A stretch of 64,000 nucleotides of DNA from a virus, in IMG/VR virus record IMGVR_UViG_3300045988_151747. One strand, given 5' to 3'. Below the pieces are notes generated by a model. That model searched no databases, was not told the DNA's origin, and saw nothing but the letters and a program-made list of their open reading frames with translations. Shown piece after piece: positions 61,661-64,000 of the stretch. The first letter of the stretch is position 1. Every line of letters begins with the position of its first letter. Position numbers and translations under genes: made by a program.

Positions 61661-62032
61661 TTATACGAAAGTCACATCATCAATCTTGTTCTGTTTATCA
61701 TCCGTGGAAGTATATTCGATTTTCAAGTGATATTCAGTCCTGTCATTGGCGAAATATCCTACATCAATGGTCTTTACAGAAACGCCGGGAATGTATTTCT
61801 TGATTCCTTTCTGCAAGTTACCGATTATAAGTGTCCTGTTCATTACGAAAAAGGAAGCCGGTTTCTGTAAGAAGTTGACAAATTTTGCCCCGAAATCGGA
61901 AGCATAAATACGAAAAGTATCAAACACACAATAAAACCAAATGCTGTCTTTATGCTTCTCCACTCCGGAAGTAAGGTTGAACTTGCCATCAACCAACAGA
62001 AACCTGCTTTGTAATCCTTTTAACATAACCAC
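61661..62032 (-). CDS. baseplate wedge protein (gp25/gpW-like)
   Basis: 123 aa. Size and position upstream of the J-like gene support the call, but the motif evidence is weak. Confidence 0.4.
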   Translation of the reverse strand: MVMLKGLQSRFLLVDGKFNLTSGVEKHKDSIWFYCVFDTFRIYASDFGAKFVNFLQKPASFFVMNRTLIIGNLQKGIKKYIPGVSVKTIDVGYFANDRTEYHLKIEYTSTDDKQNKIDDVTFV

Positions 62033-62475
62033 TTGTAAATGGTGACAAATCCACCGTTAGTAACTTTATCCTTGTTAGCCTCACGGATTTTATCAAATTC
62101 CTCATCGGTGAATTTCTGTACTTCAAGAGTTACCTCTTCATTGTACAGAATATCTGTAAGTTCATTGATTTTGTTCATTGCCGTGCGGTTCAAGGAATCG
62201 AATTTTTTCTTTTCCTCTTCCGTAGCGTCATTCTGCTGCACCTTTTCGCTCAACATCTTGTATTCATCGGTACGGAAACCTTTGACAATAGTCTGTTGCG
62301 CCTTTTCGGCAGCATCCTGTTCCTTGCATACACTAAGGGTGTTCTTCAATAATTTCATTGCCCCGTCAGAGGACAGGCTACCATAATGTAACTCTTTTAA
62401 GGTTGCAGCCAACTGGATGGTTTCTCCTTTTGTGAGTGTCAATCCTTTTTCTTTCTTAGTTTCAGCCATAATCAA
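62020..62475 (-). CDS. hypothetical structural-module protein
   Basis: 151-aa helical, charged ORF. Confidence 0.5.
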   Translation of the reverse strand: MIMAETKKEKGLTLTKGETIQLAATLKELHYGSLSSDGAMKLLKNTLSVCKEQDAAEKAQQTIVKGFRTDEYKMLSEKVQQNDATEEEKKKFDSLNRTAMNKINELTDILYNEEVTLEVQKFTDEEFDKIREANKDKVTNGGFVTIYKWLC

Positions 62476-62483
62476 TATTTAGT

Positions 62484-62795
62484 TTAAATTTTCATTGTAC
62501 TTACATCAATAGTGCCTACCTTTTCTCTTAAATCGGACAGGAAAGTATTGGCAACCTCTATAAGATTGGGCCAGTCCTCCGGAGAACCGCCTTCAAAATT
62601 TATACTCATTTGTCCATCTCTGAAAGAGCTGAAAGTCGCAAGATGTGTTCCATCACCTTTCTTTGTAATGTTACCTCCTTCAAATGTATTGAGGACGTTT
62701 CCAGAAATGTTGGCATTACCTGTACATTCATAGGTAATATCACTACCCGATACTCCGATAGTCGCCTGTTGTAACGAATTGAATTTAATTTCCAT
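62484..62795 (-). CDS. hypothetical structural-module protein
   Basis: 103-aa ORF downstream of a promoter and terminator pair. Confidence 0.5.
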   Translation of the reverse strand: MEIKFNSLQQATIGVSGSDITYECTGNANISGNVLNTFEGGNITKKGDGTHLATFSSFRDGQMSINFEGGSPEDWPNLIEVANTFLSDLREKVGTIDVSTMKI

Positions 62796-62829
62796 AATTT
62801 TTACTTTAGAATGTGCCTATATAACTCCA

Positions 62830-62862
62830 CAAATATAATAAATTAAATCTGTTATCACCAAA
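62830..62862 (-). promoter_or_regulatory. candidate promoter (TTTG-N21-TATATTTG)
   Basis: Minus strand: TATATTTG at 62837-62830, TTTG at 62862-62859. Confidence 0.45.
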
Positions 62863-62985
62863 TTATTACCTGTCTTTGTTCCAACATCCATGGCAAGATT
62901 AATAAATGGAGCCGAATCAAGCCAGTTATCCTTAGAATGAAAAAGGATAGCGGTCCAGACCCAGAATACGTTACTACATAAAAAT

Positions 62986-63006
62986 AGCCCACTTATTAGG
63001 TGGGCT
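62986..63006 (-). terminator. rho-independent terminator
   Basis: AGCCCAC / GTGGGCT 7-bp stem with a 7-nt loop, followed by ATTTTTATG on the minus strand. Confidence 0.65.
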
Positions 63007-63013
63007 TTTCTTT

Positions 63014-64000
63014 TTAATACATAACTACTTGATAATCTATATACCATTGGGTTACGTTTCCATAAGACGGGGGACTTCCTGCATCCACTGTGTCCATACG
63101 GGTGAAAGATTTTGGTATGTTGGCACATGATGGCATGGATATATTTCCTGACCATGAACCTGTATAGGAACCGTCTTTAGCCCTCCACCTATATCGTGCA
63201 TAAGGCCTACCAGTAGAAGCCACATAATTATTGGAAGTATTATTGGTAACGCTAAGCCGGCATTGTGCGGAAGTACCTCCGTCACCACCCACAAGGGAAC
63301 CTGTAACGGCAAATCCCGAAGCATTGGCGGTAGTTTCTCCAATATAGATGTACAAACTCTGTGTAACAACTATGGGCTTTTTTACAAGTCCGTCAGAGGA
63401 ACTGGGAATCATGCAGAGAACATTCCCGTTATAGTCGCAGAAATATCCTTTAAGATAAATAAATGTATCTCCAAAAACTATAAGCCCGTTTCTTAGTAGT
63501 TCCAAAGAAACCCTACCTGTATCGGCAATATCACTTACAGTGAATGTTCCAGAATCCACAAGAACATTGTTTTTATTGTAGACTTCTACCTTTATCTTCA
63601 TGTTAGCCCATGTAAACCCACCTAAGATACTCCCCCAATTATATCTAGGGTCTGCCCAGTAAGGAGTTATTGTAAGCGTCCATCTTACAGCAGTAGAACT
63701 TACAGGATTAAGCAAAAGCTCATTGTCTATTGTAGGAGGCTTGGCGTTATGGTCGTAACCGTCAAAGTCTAATGCCCTGTACCATGTTTTCGGGGCATCA
63801 TATACTATGGTCTTGTTTACTGAATCATAGATAAGACCCGGAAGATTGGCATTGTTAAAGTCTGGAGTATTGGCTTCCTTAGGTTTTATATAGCTCCATT
63901 TATTTATTTTCCCGTGGGCGTTGGAACAAAGATAACCCAAGTCATAACTACCTACTCCCAGTACGGGAGCTATATCAGCATCTATACCGACAGGTGCGGT
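63014..64000 (-). CDS. tail/baseplate-associated structural protein, 3' part (gene continues beyond right edge)
   Basis: The frame stays open from 63940 (a TTG codon in the ORF track) to the window end (...TAPVGIDADIAPVLGVGSYDLGYLCSN...), so the true start lies outside the window. Confidence 0.5.
   Translation of the reverse strand, partial: TAPVGIDADIAPVLGVGSYDLGYLCSNAHGKINKWSYIKPKEANTPDFNNANLPGLIYDSVNKTIVYDAPKTWYRALDFDGYDHNAKPPTIDNELLLNPVSSTAVRWTLTITPYWADPRYNWGSILGGFTWANMKIKVEVYNKNNVLVDSGTFTVSDIADTGRVSLELLRNGLIVFGDTFIYLKGYFCDYNGNVLCMIPSSSDGLVKKPIVVTQSLYIYIGETTANASGFAVTGSLVGGDGGTSAQCRLSVTNNTSNNYVASTGRPYARYRWRAKDGSYTGSWSGNISMPSCANIPKSFTRMDTVDAGSPPSYGNVTQWYIDYQVVMY

Noticed and set aside
62817-63155. 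112-aa ORF overlapping the 3' end of the tail gene
   Set aside because: It overlaps 63014-63940 by 140 nt and reads straight through the terminator hairpin at 62986-63006. Downstream of the terminator only a 24-aa Met-initiated remnant is left.
1-64000. Alternative genetic code (stop-codon reassignment) or a diversity-generating retroelement, both common in gut phages
   Set aside because: Long genes (terminase, portal, polymerase, helicases, vWA) are uninterrupted under the standard code. The only tRNA is a normal Lys-UUU, not a suppressor. No reverse transcriptase or template/variable repeat pair was seen.

Overview
This window looks like a contiguous piece of a tailed dsDNA phage genome. 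About 118 tightly packed genes lie on the minus strand, and only one convincing gene, a LuxR-type HTH, lies on the plus strand. The modules, from low to high coordinates, are as follows. Head and packaging (111-5509): capsid, scaffold, portal, T4-type TerL. A long accessory or early region (5.5-42 kb). A T4-like replication and recombination block (42.7-58.1 kb): UvsX-like, family A polymerase, gp32-like SSB, DnaG primase, DnaB helicase, DnaC-like loader, SF2 helicase. A baseplate and tail-fibre block (58.3-64 kb) that runs off the right edge. Intergenic regions repeatedly carry TTTG-N19-21-TAnnTTTG on the minus strand. That is the Bacteroidota housekeeping promoter pattern, so a Bacteroidota host is inferred. 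The best-supported system is a dispersed but complete 7-deazaguanine (preQ0-type) DNA-modification pathway: folE, queD, queE, queC and a DpdA-like transglycosylase, with two uncharacterised ORFs embedded in the core. Other points worth a second look:
- a 1.4 kb ORF-free region full of one-orientation repeat arrays
- a 45-aa Arg/Gly-only peptide gene with its own terminator, next to a SpoVS homologue
- phage-borne Dps, topoisomerase IB and an ECF sigma factor
- a DUF2829 (Tad2-like) fusion protein
- a very acidic protein with a Tudor-like C-terminus
- a run of cysteine-cluster proteins
- duplicated and motif-extended promoters

All functional calls come from motifs read by eye and from gene order. 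No database search was possible.
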